Source of the DNA: Escherichia phage EC128
Reading direction: 5' to 3' (one strand)
Length of the DNA stretch: 64,000 bases
Sequence record: ON210139.1
This document shows positions 1 through 9,546 of the stretch, in pieces. A program made the position numbers and the translations under genes. The notes beneath the pieces were generated by a model, which was not told the origin of the DNA, did no database searches, and worked only from the letters and a program-made list of their open reading frames with translations. Every line of letters begins with the position of its first letter. Position 1 is the first letter of the stretch.

Positions 1-115
1 GAGGTTTATCGCTTTCGCGAATTTTGTATATAATTGATGAGCCTGTCAAATCTCCTGATATGGATAAGATTTATAGTGTCCATATTGACACTGTACACTG
101 CTGCTGTAATATTAA

Positions 116-496
116 ATGTTGTATTGGTGGTATTACTCGTCCACAGTTTTTCGTAATCGGAATGCAATGATGACAGACACTCAGCTTTTCGAATATCTTT
201 ATTTTTCGCCAAAAACTATTAAAAATAAATTGGTGAATCATTTTGAAATTTTGGCAAATAACAACGTCTTGAGCGAATTTTATCCTAAGCAATACAAATT
301 ACAAAAAGGCGTATTCAAAGGATGTAGAGTTTTATGTACTGCTCCTAATGCACGGCTAATGAATAAAATTCCATATTTTACCATGGAATTTATTGATGGG
401 CCTTTTAAAGGACTAATCACACAGAGTTTAATGGCATATGATTCTGAGCCATTTTTAATTAAAGAACAATCTTGGATAAATTTATTTTCTAATTGA
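116..496 (+). CDS. hypothetical protein (start uncertain, alternative ATG at 167)
   Basis: 126-aa ORF, co-oriented with downstream genes. Confidence 0.4.
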   Translation: MLYWWYYSSTVFRNRNAMMTDTQLFEYLYFSPKTIKNKLVNHFEILANNNVLSEFYPKQYKLQKGVFKGCRVLCTAPNARLMNKIPYFTMEFIDGPFKGLITQSLMAYDSEPFLIKEQSWINLFSN

Positions 497-503
497 GGTT
501 TAT

Positions 504-866
504 ATGAAAGCATATCAAATTCTTGAAGGCACACATAAAGGTACTATTTATTTTGAAGATGGTATTCAAGCACGAATTATCGTTTCTAAAACCTTTAAAG
601 AGGACTCTTTTGTAGACCCAGAAATTTTCTATGGTTTGCATGCCCGTGAAATTGAAATTGAGCAACAGCCTACAGTTAAAATTGAAGGTGGTCAACACCT
701 GAACGTTAACGTTCTGCGTCGTGAAACTCTGGAAGATGCAGTTAAGCATCCGGAAAAATATCCGCAGCTGACCATCCGTGTATCCGGTTATGCAGTTCGC
801 TTTAACTCTCTGACTCCGGAACAGCAGCGCGACGTTATCGCTCGTACCTTTACCGAGAGTTTGTAA
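504..866 (+). CDS. autonomous glycyl-radical cofactor, GrcA/YfiD-like (T4 Y06I-like)
   Basis: C-terminal glycyl-radical motif [25 protein letters not shown]; 3' half has GC-rich host-like codons. Confidence 0.85.
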   Translation: MKAYQILEGTHKGTIYFEDGIQARIIVSKTFKEDSFVDPEIFYGLHAREIEIEQQPTVKIEGGQHLNVNVLRRETLEDAVKHPEKYPQLTIRVSGYAVRFNSLTPEQQRDVIARTFTESL

Positions 867-1087
867 TGGCAAAGATAATTATTGAAGGTTCTGAAGATGT
901 GCTAAATGCTTTCGCCGAATGGTTTAGTAATTCAGGCGAACAGCAATTTAACGAAGCATGGAACATGGGTGATATTAATGGAATTTATCCTACTACAGAA
1001 ATTTCTGTTCAGGGATATGGCATTCATGAACCTATTCGTTTAGTTGAATACGATTTATGTACTGGTGAGGAAGTCAAATATGATTGA
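866..1087 (+). CDS. hypothetical protein
   Basis: 73-aa ORF; ATG overlaps upstream stop. Confidence 0.5.
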   Translation: MAKIIIEGSEDVLNAFAEWFSNSGEQQFNEAWNMGDINGIYPTTEISVQGYGIHEPIRLVEYDLCTGEEVKYD

Positions 1088-1346
1088 AGATATTAAAGGT
1101 TATAAGCCACATACTAACGAAAAAATCGGTAAAGTAAATGCTATTAAAGACGCTGAAGTTCGTTTAGGACTTATCTTTGACGCTTTATACGATGAATTCT
1201 GGGAAGCACTAGATAATTGCGAAGACTACGAATTCGCAAAGAATTATGCTGAAAGCCTCGATCAGCTAACTATTGCTAAAACGAAACTCAAAGAAGCTAG
1301 TATGTGGGCTTGTCGCGCGGTATTCCAACCAGAGGAAAAATATTAA
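1080..1346 (+). CDS. hypothetical protein
   Basis: start trimmed to ATG 1080 overlapping upstream stop. Confidence 0.5.
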   Translation: MIEDIKGYKPHTNEKIGKVNAIKDAEVRLGLIFDALYDEFWEALDNCEDYEFAKNYAESLDQLTIAKTKLKEASMWACRAVFQPEEKY

Positions 1347-1624
1347 TGGCTCAATTAAGCGCAGGGTTTGGTTATGAGTATTATACTGCCCCTCGTCGTG
1401 TATCTGTTGCTCCTAAGAAAATTCAAAGTCTTGATGATTTCCAGGAAGTAATTCGTAACGCTTTCCAGGACTATGCGCGTTATCTTAAAGAAGATTCACA
1501 GGACTGTCTCGAAGAAGATGAAATTGCTTATTATGAGCAGCGTCTTGAACAGCTTAAAAACCTACATGAGGTTCGTGCAGAAGTTACAAAGTCTATGAAT
1601 AAATTGATTAGATTTAAAGAATAA
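1346..1624 (+). CDS. hypothetical protein
   Basis: TAATG overlap with upstream ORF; 92 aa. Confidence 0.5.
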   Translation: MAQLSAGFGYEYYTAPRRVSVAPKKIQSLDDFQEVIRNAFQDYARYLKEDSQDCLEEDEIAYYEQRLEQLKNLHEVRAEVTKSMNKLIRFKE

Positions 1625-1626
1625 TT

Positions 1627-1656
1627 GTTTACTTTTCCTCTTGACTGTGGTATAAT
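1627..1656 (+). promoter_or_regulatory. early promoter (-35 GTTTAC, extended -10 TGGTATAAT)
   Basis: GTTTAC 1627-1632, TATAAT 1651-1656, then SD GAGGAG and ATG 1684. Confidence 0.6.
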
Positions 1657-1683
1657 TTTTCTATCAGTTAAGAGGAGAATAAC

Positions 1684-2145
1684 ATGACTATCAACACAGA
1701 AGTTTTTATCCGTCGAAATAAGCTCCGTCGTCACTTTGAGTCGGAGTTTCGTCAAATTAACAATGAGATTCGTGAGGCATCAAAAGCAGCAGGAGTCTCA
1801 TCGTTTCATCTAAAATATTCTCAACATCTTCTTGATCGTGCAATTCAACGGGAGATTGATGAGACATATGTTTTTGAATTATTCCACAAAATAAAAGACC
1901 ATGTTTTAGAAGTTAATGAATTCCTGAGTATGCCTCCGCGTCCTGACATTGACGAGGATTTTATTGATGGGGTTGAATATCGTCCTGGGCGTTTAGAAAT
2001 CACAGATGGAAATCTTTGGCTTGGATTTACAGTTTGTAAACCTAATGCGAAGTTCAAAGACCCGTCACTTCAATGTAGGATGGCCATTATCAACAGTCGT
2101 CGTTTACCAGGAAAGGCTTCTAAAGCAGTAATTAAAACTCAATGA
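1684..2145 (+). CDS. regB: RegB endoribonuclease
   Basis: 153 aa as for T4 RegB; position upstream of tk block; own early promoter. Confidence 0.7.
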   Translation: MTINTEVFIRRNKLRRHFESEFRQINNEIREASKAAGVSSFHLKYSQHLLDRAIQREIDETYVFELFHKIKDHVLEVNEFLSMPPRPDIDEDFIDGVEYRPGRLEITDGNLWLGFTVCKPNAKFKDPSLQCRMAIINSRRLPGKASKAVIKTQ

Positions 2146-2152
2146 GGTAAGC

Positions 2153-2698
2153 ATGAGAAAAGCACTACTCGCTGGTCTATTGGCCATTTCTATGATGGCA
2201 CATAGCTCCGAGCATACTTTCAGTAATGTCCAACTCGATAACATGCGTTACGCGTATCAATTCGGGGAACAATTTTCCAAGGATGGAAAATATAAAACAC
2301 ATAAAAATATCCACAAGAGCGGATTAGGTCATATAATGGCTGCTATTTTATGGCAAGAAAGCTCTGCCGGAGTTAATTTAAAATCTAAACCAAAGCATCA
2401 TGCCTACGGAATGTTCCAAAACTATTTGCCGACCATGCGAGCAAGAGTTAAGGAACTTGGTTATAATATGACCGATGCTGAAATAAAAAGAATGTTGAAT
2501 AAACGGTCCAATTCAGCTTCCTGGGCGTACATTGAACTTTCTTATTGGTTAAATATACATAAGGGCGATATAAGAAAAGCAATATCCTCTTATAATTCGG
2601 GATGGAATGTTAAAGCAGGTTCTAAATATGCTTCTGAAGTCCTAGAAAAGGCTAACTACCTTAAAAATAATAAACTGTTGGAAATAGTAAATGACTAA
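2153..2698 (+). CDS. secreted lytic-transglycosylase-like protein
   Basis: N-terminal signal peptide; SLT-like motifs WQESSAG, AYGMFQ, SYNSGW. Confidence 0.55.
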   Translation: MRKALLAGLLAISMMAHSSEHTFSNVQLDNMRYAYQFGEQFSKDGKYKTHKNIHKSGLGHIMAAILWQESSAGVNLKSKPKHHAYGMFQNYLPTMRARVKELGYNMTDAEIKRMLNKRSNSASWAYIELSYWLNIHKGDIRKAISSYNSGWNVKAGSKYASEVLEKANYLKNNKLLEIVND

Positions 2699-3032
2699 AA
2701 TTTTGGTTTTATGTGTAGGATTAATTTCATTTTCTGCGTTAGCAGATATATCATATTCTGAAGTTAGAGAGTATGTAAACCGTACTGCCGCGGATTATTG
2801 TGGGAAAAATAAAGCATGCCAAGCTGAATTTGCGCAGAAATTAATATATGCATATAAAGACGGAGAAAGAGATAAATCAAGCAGATATAAAAATGATACA
2901 TTGTTAAAACGATATGCTAAAAAGTGGAATACTTTAGAATGTTCAGTTGCGGAGGAGAAAGATAAAGCCGCTTGTCATTCAATGGTTGACCGTTTGGTAG
3001 ATTCTTATAATCGAGGATTGAGTACTAGATGA
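2691..3032 (+). CDS. secreted small protein
   Basis: 113 aa with signal peptide MTKILVLCVGLISFSALA. Confidence 0.5.
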   Translation: MTKILVLCVGLISFSALADISYSEVREYVNRTAADYCGKNKACQAEFAQKLIYAYKDGERDKSSRYKNDTLLKRYAKKWNTLECSVAEEKDKAACHSMVDRLVDSYNRGLSTR

Positions 3033-3508
3033 TTGTAAAATATATCAAGGGCGATATTGTCGCCCTATTTCTTCAAGGTAATATTATTGCGCACGGGTGT
3101 AACTGTTTTCATACTATGGGTTCAGGTGTAGCGGGTCAATTAGCAAGGGCCTATCCTAAAATTTTAGAAATAGATAAAACCACTACCGAGTACGGTTCTC
3201 GTGATAAATTAGGCGATATGTCTATTGTTTTTAAACATAATCCTACAGGATTTGGTATATGCTATAACCTGTATACACAATACGAACCGGGTCCTAATCT
3301 TGATTATGGTGCTTTAGTAAACTGCATGATAGAATTAAATCTACAGGCAGAGACTCTTTTGTTTAAACCAGTAATTTACATTCCACGCATAGGTTGTGGT
3401 ATTGCTGGCGGCGATTGGGATAAGGTTTCTAAATTAATCGACATGTTTACTCCTGATATTGATTTGATAGTGGTGGATTATGAAAGTACATTACCCGCAT
3501 CCGTTTGA
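3029..3508 (+). CDS. macro-domain (ADP-ribose binding/processing) protein
   Basis: motifs HGCNCFHTMGSGVAGQLA and PRIGCGIAGG. Confidence 0.55.
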   Translation: MIVKYIKGDIVALFLQGNIIAHGCNCFHTMGSGVAGQLARAYPKILEIDKTTTEYGSRDKLGDMSIVFKHNPTGFGICYNLYTQYEPGPNLDYGALVNCMIELNLQAETLLFKPVIYIPRIGCGIAGGDWDKVSKLIDMFTPDIDLIVVDYESTLPASV

Positions 3509-3692
3509 TCCTAAAAACAAAGCGGAAATTATTCGTCAATGGGAACGCATTTGCCGTACTAAATGCCCAATTAATAGTCCTCATGATGTAGATAAAGACT
3601 ATATTGGAACATTCGTTGAATATACCTTTATTGATAGGAAAGGTCGTAAACAACATGTAGAAGAATATTGCTTAAAGGTTACATGGTTATGA
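3480..3692 (+). CDS. hypothetical protein
   Basis: 70-aa ORF, overlaps upstream gene end. Confidence 0.5.
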   Translation: MKVHYPHPFDPKNKAEIIRQWERICRTKCPINSPHDVDKDYIGTFVEYTFIDRKGRKQHVEEYCLKVTWL

Positions 3693-3895
3693 GCCAAACT
3701 AGTATTCTTAAAAATGCCCATTGTGAAAATTGTAAATGGCCTGTTGTTTTTGCTTTATGTAATGATGAAATGGCCTGTGATTTTGACTATTGGTGCTATT
3801 GTTCTAATAAAGGATGCATCAATCATAAAGGTGAAGGATTTTATTCAGGATTTTATCCTTATCCTGATTTCGTTAAAGAAGGTAAACCAAAATGA
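3689..3895 (+). CDS. Cys-rich small protein
   Basis: CENCKW...CNDEMAC...CYCSNKGC; ATGA overlap. Confidence 0.45.
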   Translation: MSQTSILKNAHCENCKWPVVFALCNDEMACDFDYWCYCSNKGCINHKGEGFYSGFYPYPDFVKEGKPK

Positions 3896-4065
3896 ATAAT
3901 TTTGAGTTACAATATGAAGTGTTACGTGAACTTGATAATTTAATTGAACTCGCTGTTAATAAAGGTTTTGCCATTGGAATTGGTCAAAAAGATACTGATC
4001 ATTTAACTATGGAAATATTTAAGCAAAAACGAATTATTTTAAAACTTCTGGAAATTAATATATGA
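3892..4065 (+). CDS. hypothetical small protein (57 aa)
   Basis: hand-translated, not in track; ATGA overlaps at both ends. Confidence 0.35.
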   Translation: MNNFELQYEVLRELDNLIELAVNKGFAIGIGQKDTDHLTMEIFKQKRIILKLLEINI

Positions 4066-4247
4066 GTCTGAGCAAAGAACAAAAAGATAAATTGTTTGAG
4101 CTTATCCATGAACTTCTAGATGAGCATACAGAAGTAAACACCTTTTATGATGAATACGGCCCGCTATCTCCCGAACAGCAAGAAGAATTTGCTGACCGGT
4201 TTGATAAGAAAGAAAACGAATTAATAGCTTATGTGAATACGCTTTAA
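4062..4247 (+). CDS. hypothetical acidic protein
   Basis: 61-aa ORF. Confidence 0.5.
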   Translation: MSLSKEQKDKLFELIHELLDEHTEVNTFYDEYGPLSPEQQEEFADRFDKKENELIAYVNTL

Positions 4248-4256
4248 GAAGGTGAT

Positions 4257-4838
4257 ATGGCGAGTTTAATTTTTACTTATGCGGCAATGAATGCTGGAAA
4301 ATCTGCTTCTCTTTTGACTGCTGCACATAATTATAAAGAACGCGGAATGAGTGTATTAGTTCTTAAGCCTGCTATTGATACTCGCGATTCTGTCTGTGAA
4401 GTCGTTTCTCGCATTGGAATTAAGCAGGAAGCGAATATTATTACGGATGATATGGATATTTTTGAGTTCTATAAATGGGCTGAAGCACAAAAAGATATTC
4501 ATTGTGTATTTGTAGATGAGGCCCAGTTTTTAAAAACTGAACAGGTGCATCAATTAAGCCGAATTGTTGATACATATAATGTTCCTGTTATGGCTTATGG
4601 GCTAAGGACTGATTTCGCTGGAAAATTATTTGAAGGTTCTAAAGAACTTTTAGCGATTGCAGATAAACTTATTGAACTAAAAGCAGTTTGTCATTGCGGC
4701 AAAAAAGCGATTATGACAGCTCGATTAATGGAAGATGGAACACCAGTTAAAGAAGGTAATCAAATCTGTATTGGTGATGAAATTTATGTTTCTTTGTGTA
4801 GAAAACATTGGAATGAATTAACTAAAAAGCTCGGTTAG
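4257..4838 (+). CDS. tk: thymidine kinase
   Basis: P-loop NAGKSASL, zinc site CHCGKK, 193 aa. Confidence 0.9.
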   Translation: MASLIFTYAAMNAGKSASLLTAAHNYKERGMSVLVLKPAIDTRDSVCEVVSRIGIKQEANIITDDMDIFEFYKWAEAQKDIHCVFVDEAQFLKTEQVHQLSRIVDTYNVPVMAYGLRTDFAGKLFEGSKELLAIADKLIELKAVCHCGKKAIMTARLMEDGTPVKEGNQICIGDEIYVSLCRKHWNELTKKLG

Positions 4839-4847
4839 TGCAAAAGT

Positions 4848-4855
4848 TATAAATA
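4848..4855 (+). promoter_or_regulatory. late promoter TATAAATA
   Basis: exact TATAAATA 26 nt upstream of ATG 4881. Confidence 0.4.
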
Positions 4856-4880
4856 GGTTTATCTAACTAAAGGGGTATAT

Positions 4881-5093
4881 ATGCTACAATTAACTGAAAA
4901 GCAACTTCGCAATCTTACTGTTCTTCAATTAGATGAAATTCGTAGGGAAGTTGGAAATATCATTTCAGCTTTGCGTCGAGAAGTATCACTCAACCAATCT
5001 CCGGCAGACTATACTAGATTGCGAAATTTTGAAAAATACCTTGATAAAGTTAAGGCCGTGCACCGGCACAAAGTAAATACAGGACAAAAATGA
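4881..5093 (+). CDS. hypothetical protein
   Basis: 70-aa ORF with SD AAAGGGG. Confidence 0.5.
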
Positions 5094-5105
5094 TAGGAGG
5101 CCTTT

Positions 5106-5399
5106 ATGGCCTTAAAAGCAACGGCACTATTTGCCATGCTAGGATTAGCGTTTGCTTTATCTCCACCAATTGAAGCGAATGTCGATCCTCATTTTGATAA
5201 ATTTATGGAATCTGGTATTAGACACGTTTATATGCTTTTTGAAAACAAAAGCGTAGAATCATCTGAACAGTTCTATAGTTTTATGCGAACGACTTATAAA
5301 AATGACCCGTGCTCTTCCGATTTTGAATGTATAGAGCGAGGCGCGGAGATGGCACAATCATACGCTAGAATTATGAACATTAAATTGGAGACTGAATGA
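5106..5399 (+). CDS. rI: lysis-inhibition antiholin RI
   Basis: 97 aa, N-terminal signal-anchor, located just after tk as in T4. Confidence 0.65.
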   Translation: MALKATALFAMLGLAFALSPPIEANVDPHFDKFMESGIRHVYMLFENKSVESSEQFYSFMRTTYKNDPCSSDFECIERGAEMAQSYARIMNIKLETE

Positions 5400-5782
5400 A
5401 ATTCAGCGACTTTTCACAAAGTGGAAAACCTTCAAAGGCAGATGAATACTTAGGTTTATTAATGGCTGCACAAGCTTATTTTCATTCTGCGCATTTTGAA
5501 ACTAAAAGTTATGCTAGACACAAAGCATACGATTTTATTTTCTCTGAGTTGCCAGATTTGATTGATAAATTTGGTGAGCAATATTTGGGGTATTCTGGTA
5601 GAAAATACACGCCTTCTATTCCAGATGCCAGTAAACTTCCTACCGACACAATTAAAATGATTGATCGCATACTAGACCAATCTAACAGCATTTACAAAGA
5701 AATGCCTCCAGCCATTCAAAGCACGATAGATGATATTACTGGAATGTTTTACCAGAGCAAATATCTTCTTTCCCTCGAATAA
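5396..5782 (+). CDS. hypothetical protein
   Basis: 128-aa ORF, ATGA overlap with rI. Confidence 0.55.
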   Translation: MKFSDFSQSGKPSKADEYLGLLMAAQAYFHSAHFETKSYARHKAYDFIFSELPDLIDKFGEQYLGYSGRKYTPSIPDASKLPTDTIKMIDRILDQSNSIYKEMPPAIQSTIDDITGMFYQSKYLLSLE

Positions 5783-5787
5783 CATTA

Positions 5788-5810
5788 GTCTCCTTCGGGA
5801 GACTTTTTTC
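5788..5810 (+). terminator. rho-independent terminator (UUCG tetraloop)
   Basis: GTCTCC-TTCG-GGAGAC followed by TTTTTT. Confidence 0.65.
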
Positions 5811-5819
5811 ATTTTACCG

Positions 5820-5850
5820 GTTTACTTTCCATTTGAGCTGTGATACTATA
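5820..5850 (+). promoter_or_regulatory. early promoter
   Basis: GTTTAC 5820-5825, extended -10 TGTGATACTAT. Confidence 0.5.
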
Positions 5851-5877
5851 CAACCATCGGATAAAGAGGAGAACATC

Positions 5878-6066
5878 ATGAAAATTGAAGCACTTAATCA
5901 AGAAGGAAATATCTACGTCATCATTAACGGCGATTTTTTCGTCGACATGGATGAAGTTACCAGTGAAGAACTTGAAGAACTTCTTAAGAAACGTTATGAT
6001 ATGTGTGATGAAGCTGCAACTCATATGGCGTGTGCAATATTCTCTCTTTCATATGTGGTGGAATAA
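5878..6066 (+). CDS. small acidic protein (paralog family)
   Basis: SD GAGGAG then ATG 5878; 62 aa. Confidence 0.5.
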   Translation: MKIEALNQEGNIYVIINGDFFVDMDEVTSEELEELLKKRYDMCDEAATHMACAIFSLSYVVE

Positions 6067-6269
6067 TGATTAGTATCGAACAAGCAGATAAAATTAAAGA
6101 ATTGGTAGCTTTAATTCGCAAAGCAGATGAGGAACTTAGTGACTTTGCTTGGTTTTCGGCAGGCATTGCAAATAAAGGTATTGAAGAATTTGAAGCTAAA
6201 GTTGATAATGCTGTAGAAGCTTTAGATATGTTTCTTGATGAAATTATCGATCACAATACGAGAGTTTAA
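6066..6269 (+). CDS. small acidic protein (paralog family)
   Basis: TAATG overlap; 67 aa. Confidence 0.5.
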   Translation: MISIEQADKIKELVALIRKADEELSDFAWFSAGIANKGIEEFEAKVDNAVEALDMFLDEIIDHNTRV

Positions 6270-6271
6270 GT

Positions 6272-6466
6272 ATGCTGACACACGAACAGTTTGAAAAAAT
6301 CATTAAATTAGCACGTGATGTTGAAATAGATTCATATCAATTAGCAGTTGAGCATTGTGAAGGATATTCATACGAAGGTATAGCAGCAGCTAAAAGAGAT
6401 TTGGATGAATCTAAAGCTAAGTTAGTTCAATATCTTGAAATGATTAGGTGGAATAATGAAAACTGA
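6272..6466 (+). CDS. small acidic protein (paralog family)
   Basis: 64-aa ORF. Confidence 0.5.
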   Translation: MLTHEQFEKIIKLARDVEIDSYQLAVEHCEGYSYEGIAAAKRDLDESKAKLVQYLEMIRWNNEN

Positions 6467-6629
6467 AAAGCAGATGTTTTTAATGAAGCTAATTGAAGAA
6501 TATGCTAATGCAGTTTCTGACTATGAGTGTTCTTCTCGTGAAAGGGGTATAGCTTTCGCAAAGGAAGAAATGAAAATCATGGTTGATGCTCATACAAAGC
6601 TTCAGAATTTTATCGAAAACGTCATTTAA
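6456..6629 (+). CDS. small acidic protein (paralog family)
   Basis: 57-aa ORF, hand-translated; overlaps upstream gene end. Confidence 0.4.
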   Translation: MKTEKQMFLMKLIEEYANAVSDYECSSRERGIAFAKEEMKIMVDAHTKLQNFIENVI

Positions 6630-6631
6630 TG

Positions 6632-6661
6632 GTTTACAAGTTGGCAAGGTTATGGTATAGT
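6632..6661 (+). promoter_or_regulatory. early promoter
   Basis: GTTTAC 6632-6637, TATAGT 6656-6661. Confidence 0.55.
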
Positions 6662-6793
6662 AATCTTGTCAACTGCCAAGGAGAAGAGAATGAAAGTTTT
6701 GTTTGTTGTGTATGTGATGATTCAATATAATTACCCAATGTTTACTTATAATCTGGTGAACAACATTATTGATATTATTCAAAGGAGTATGTA

Positions 6794-6979
6794 ATGACAA
6801 GTGAGCAGGCTTTTAAATTAAGAGAATTAATTGAGACGTATAGTAAAGCTGTTCATACATCAACAATTATTGATGAATCAGCTTTCTCCGGACATGCTAA
6901 CAAGATTAAATACAAAACTCTTATGGAAGAAGCTAAAGTAAATCTTGATTCTTATATTGAAACTTTAATTGGTAAATAA
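6794..6979 (+). CDS. small acidic protein (paralog family)
   Basis: 61-aa ORF. Confidence 0.5.
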   Translation: MTSEQAFKLRELIETYSKAVHTSTIIDESAFSGHANKIKYKTLMEEAKVNLDSYIETLIGK

Positions 6980-7113
6980 TATGAAAGCTGTAATTGAAAC
7001 AACTGATTTGTTCGGTGACCTAGTTATCGAAAAACGCGGTAATGTATACGTTCTGACGCAGGAAGACGATAGTATTACTATTCTTCCTATGGAACTGGCT
7101 GCGATTTTATCTT

Positions 7114-7509
7114 ATGCTCCCTCAAACTAATATTACAGGTGACCTCCAAGTTCGTTTTTATCGTGGCCTTTACGGCGGTAATATTGAAACTGAATTTATG
7201 TGTCTTTCTATCAACAATTGGGCAACATTCGTTGCCAAGGTGAAAGAATTCTTAGAATCTGAAACAGTCGAAACACCCGAAAAGGCTAAACTTCAATGGG
7301 CTAAAGATCGCGGTGCTAACATTATTAATCCAGTAGCTGCAAACTATACTACGACTTTGGATGTCAAGACTTCTTATGAAGATGGCGATGTCGTACTTGT
7401 TCGCCAAAATGATGATTCTCGAGCACATATTGTCACATTTACCAAAGACGAAGCTATTGCGCTAAAGACTTATCTTGATTCTGTCATTCCAACTATGATT
7501 TCAAAGTGA
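7114..7509 (+). CDS. hypothetical protein
   Basis: 131-aa ORF. Confidence 0.5.
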   Translation: MLPQTNITGDLQVRFYRGLYGGNIETEFMCLSINNWATFVAKVKEFLESETVETPEKAKLQWAKDRGANIINPVAANYTTTLDVKTSYEDGDVVLVRQNDDSRAHIVTFTKDEAIALKTYLDSVIPTMISK

Positions 7510-7515
7510 GGAAAT

Positions 7516-8043
7516 ATGTTTATTTCAAGTGGAAGTGGTTTAATTCGTGTTGAATTTAAAAATGACATCTTTCTTATTCAAGGAGATGATATTATTAAAA
7601 TGAGTTATGACGAAATCAAGAAAATTTGTCATGCTCTTGAAAGTCATGGAAAAGTGAACGCTGTTATTGATATTGGCGATTTATGGGTGACACTTTATGA
7701 AGTATCCGAAGGATTTAACATTGAAGATGAAAATAACATTTTAGCTATTGATAAAAGAAGTGATTTGTTTGATGTATTAAAAGTTTATGAACAGTCAAAT
7801 GGCGGAAGAAAAGCTGCATTGATTTATCAAAAACCACATTCATGTGGAACTGCTTCAATCATTTCAAATATTGAAGATGAAGATGAAGTTGATACTTATA
7901 TGTGTGTTTTAAAAGCTGGTGGTGACCGTCATCCGGATTTTATTTCTATTCGTCAAAACAATGGAGAAATTTCATTATCAAAATCAGAAGCTGAAGCTAT
8001 GATTAAGTATTTAACAACTGTTACGCCTTCAATGAAAGGATAA
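7516..8043 (+). CDS. hypothetical protein
   Basis: 175-aa ORF with SD GAGGAAATATG. Confidence 0.55.
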   Translation: MFISSGSGLIRVEFKNDIFLIQGDDIIKMSYDEIKKICHALESHGKVNAVIDIGDLWVTLYEVSEGFNIEDENNILAIDKRSDLFDVLKVYEQSNGGRKAALIYQKPHSCGTASIISNIEDEDEVDTYMCVLKAGGDRHPDFISIRQNNGEISLSKSEAEAMIKYLTTVTPSMKG

Positions 8044-8045
8044 TT

Positions 8046-8507
8046 ATGATTATTAATGAAAACTCTTGGCACTATAAATTATTCAAATTGTTTAACGATG
8101 AATGGCAACGACCTAAGACACTATGCGCATATTTTTGGTCTATTGCTATTCCTACATTTTTCGTTTCTATTTTTGGATGTGCTATACTCGTAGGGCTAAC
8201 AATTATTTGCGCAGAAAGCCTACAGCGTTGGCTTATTTTTGGTAGTTTATGGACTTTGCTTCCATCAGCATTTATACTTGCGCTTTTGGTTGTTTTACTT
8301 ATTATCGGTTCATTTGTTATTCCTGCACATTTGCGTGAAAAATATAAAGATTATAAATGGAAAAAGGATTATGCTTTACACGTAGAAAATATTGATAGGG
8401 CGTATAAAGGTTTACCTCCTATTCAACCAAAGAAATCGATTATCGTTGAATTTTTAAAAGCTCGTAAAGCTAAAGTATGTCCTGTTATTGAATATAAGGC
8501 TGAATGA
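8046..8507 (+). CDS. integral membrane protein
   Basis: 153 aa, three hydrophobic segments. Confidence 0.55.
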   Translation: MIINENSWHYKLFKLFNDEWQRPKTLCAYFWSIAIPTFFVSIFGCAILVGLTIICAESLQRWLIFGSLWTLLPSAFILALLVVLLIIGSFVIPAHLREKYKDYKWKKDYALHVENIDRAYKGLPPIQPKKSIIVEFLKARKAKVCPVIEYKAE

Positions 8508-9517
8508 TGAAAACAGTAATGAAAAGTTATTTTGGCAGTCATCTTTATGGAACTTCTACTCCAGAATCTGATGTAGATTTTAAAGAAATCTTTGTTCCTC
8601 CTGCTCGCGATATTCTTATCGGAAGTGTCAAAGAGCACATGAGTAAAAACACTAACAACACATCATCTAAAAACACTAAAGATGATATTGACCATGAACT
8701 ATACAGTCTTAAATATTTCTTTAAATTAGCAGCAGATGGTGAAACTGTAGCATTGGATATGCTTCACACTCCACCTGAACTAGTGGTTAAATCTGATTTG
8801 CCTGATGTGTGGAAGTTTATTCAAGACAACCGTTCTCGTTTTTATACGACTAACATGAAATCATATTTAGGATATGTCCGCAAGCAAGCTTCTAAATACG
8901 GTGTCAAGGGTTCTCGTTTGGCTGCATTACGTGATGTATTGAAAGTAGTTAATCAAATCCCTGAGCAATGGATTGATTACCAAGAAGATGGTTCTATTAA
9001 GCAGCGTCGCACTAAAGTTGAAGATATTAAGCATCGTCTTCCAGAAAACGAATTCTGTGAATGGGTGTTCCATAATCATGAGAAAACAGGCCCACAAACG
9101 TTCTACACTGTGTTGGGTCGTAAATATCAGACAACTCTTTCTCTTATTGAGCTTAAGCAGTCACTGAACAAATTAGATGCTGAATACGGTGAACGTGCTC
9201 GTAAGGCCGAAGCCAATGAAGGTATTGACTGGAAAGCTCTGAGCCATGCCTGCCGTGGTGGACTTCAACTATTGGAAATTTACAAAACTGGCGACTTGAT
9301 TTATCCACTCCAAGATGCTCCATTTATTCTCGACGTGAAGTTGGGTAAACATCCATTTAAAACAGTTCAAGAGTTTTTGGAAGATGTGGTCGATCAAGTA
9401 GAAGCAGCATCTACTGAAGCTTCTAAGAACGGTATGCCTAAAACAGTAGACATGAGTTTCTGGGATGACTTCCTTGAGAAGGTCTATCTTGAAAACCACC
9501 GAAGTTATTATAAATGA
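8504..9517 (+). CDS. nucleotidyltransferase-fold protein
   Basis: Pol-beta-type motif GSHLYGTSTPESDVDF; 337 aa. Confidence 0.55.
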   Translation: MMKTVMKSYFGSHLYGTSTPESDVDFKEIFVPPARDILIGSVKEHMSKNTNNTSSKNTKDDIDHELYSLKYFFKLAADGETVALDMLHTPPELVVKSDLPDVWKFIQDNRSRFYTTNMKSYLGYVRKQASKYGVKGSRLAALRDVLKVVNQIPEQWIDYQEDGSIKQRRTKVEDIKHRLPENEFCEWVFHNHEKTGPQTFYTVLGRKYQTTLSLIELKQSLNKLDAEYGERARKAEANEGIDWKALSHACRGGLQLLEIYKTGDLIYPLQDAPFILDVKLGKHPFKTVQEFLEDVVDQVEAASTEASKNGMPKTVDMSFWDDFLEKVYLENHRSYYK

Positions 9518-9519
9518 TA

Positions 9520-9546
9520 GGGAGCCTTCGGGCTCCCTTTTTTTAT
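9520..9546 (+). terminator. rho-independent terminator (UUCG tetraloop)
   Basis: GGGAGCC-TTCG-GGCTCCC then T-run. Confidence 0.65.

Noticed and set aside
6690-6794. 34-aa ORF downstream of the 6632 promoter
   Set aside because: Very short and low complexity; possibly a leader peptide but not enough evidence to call.
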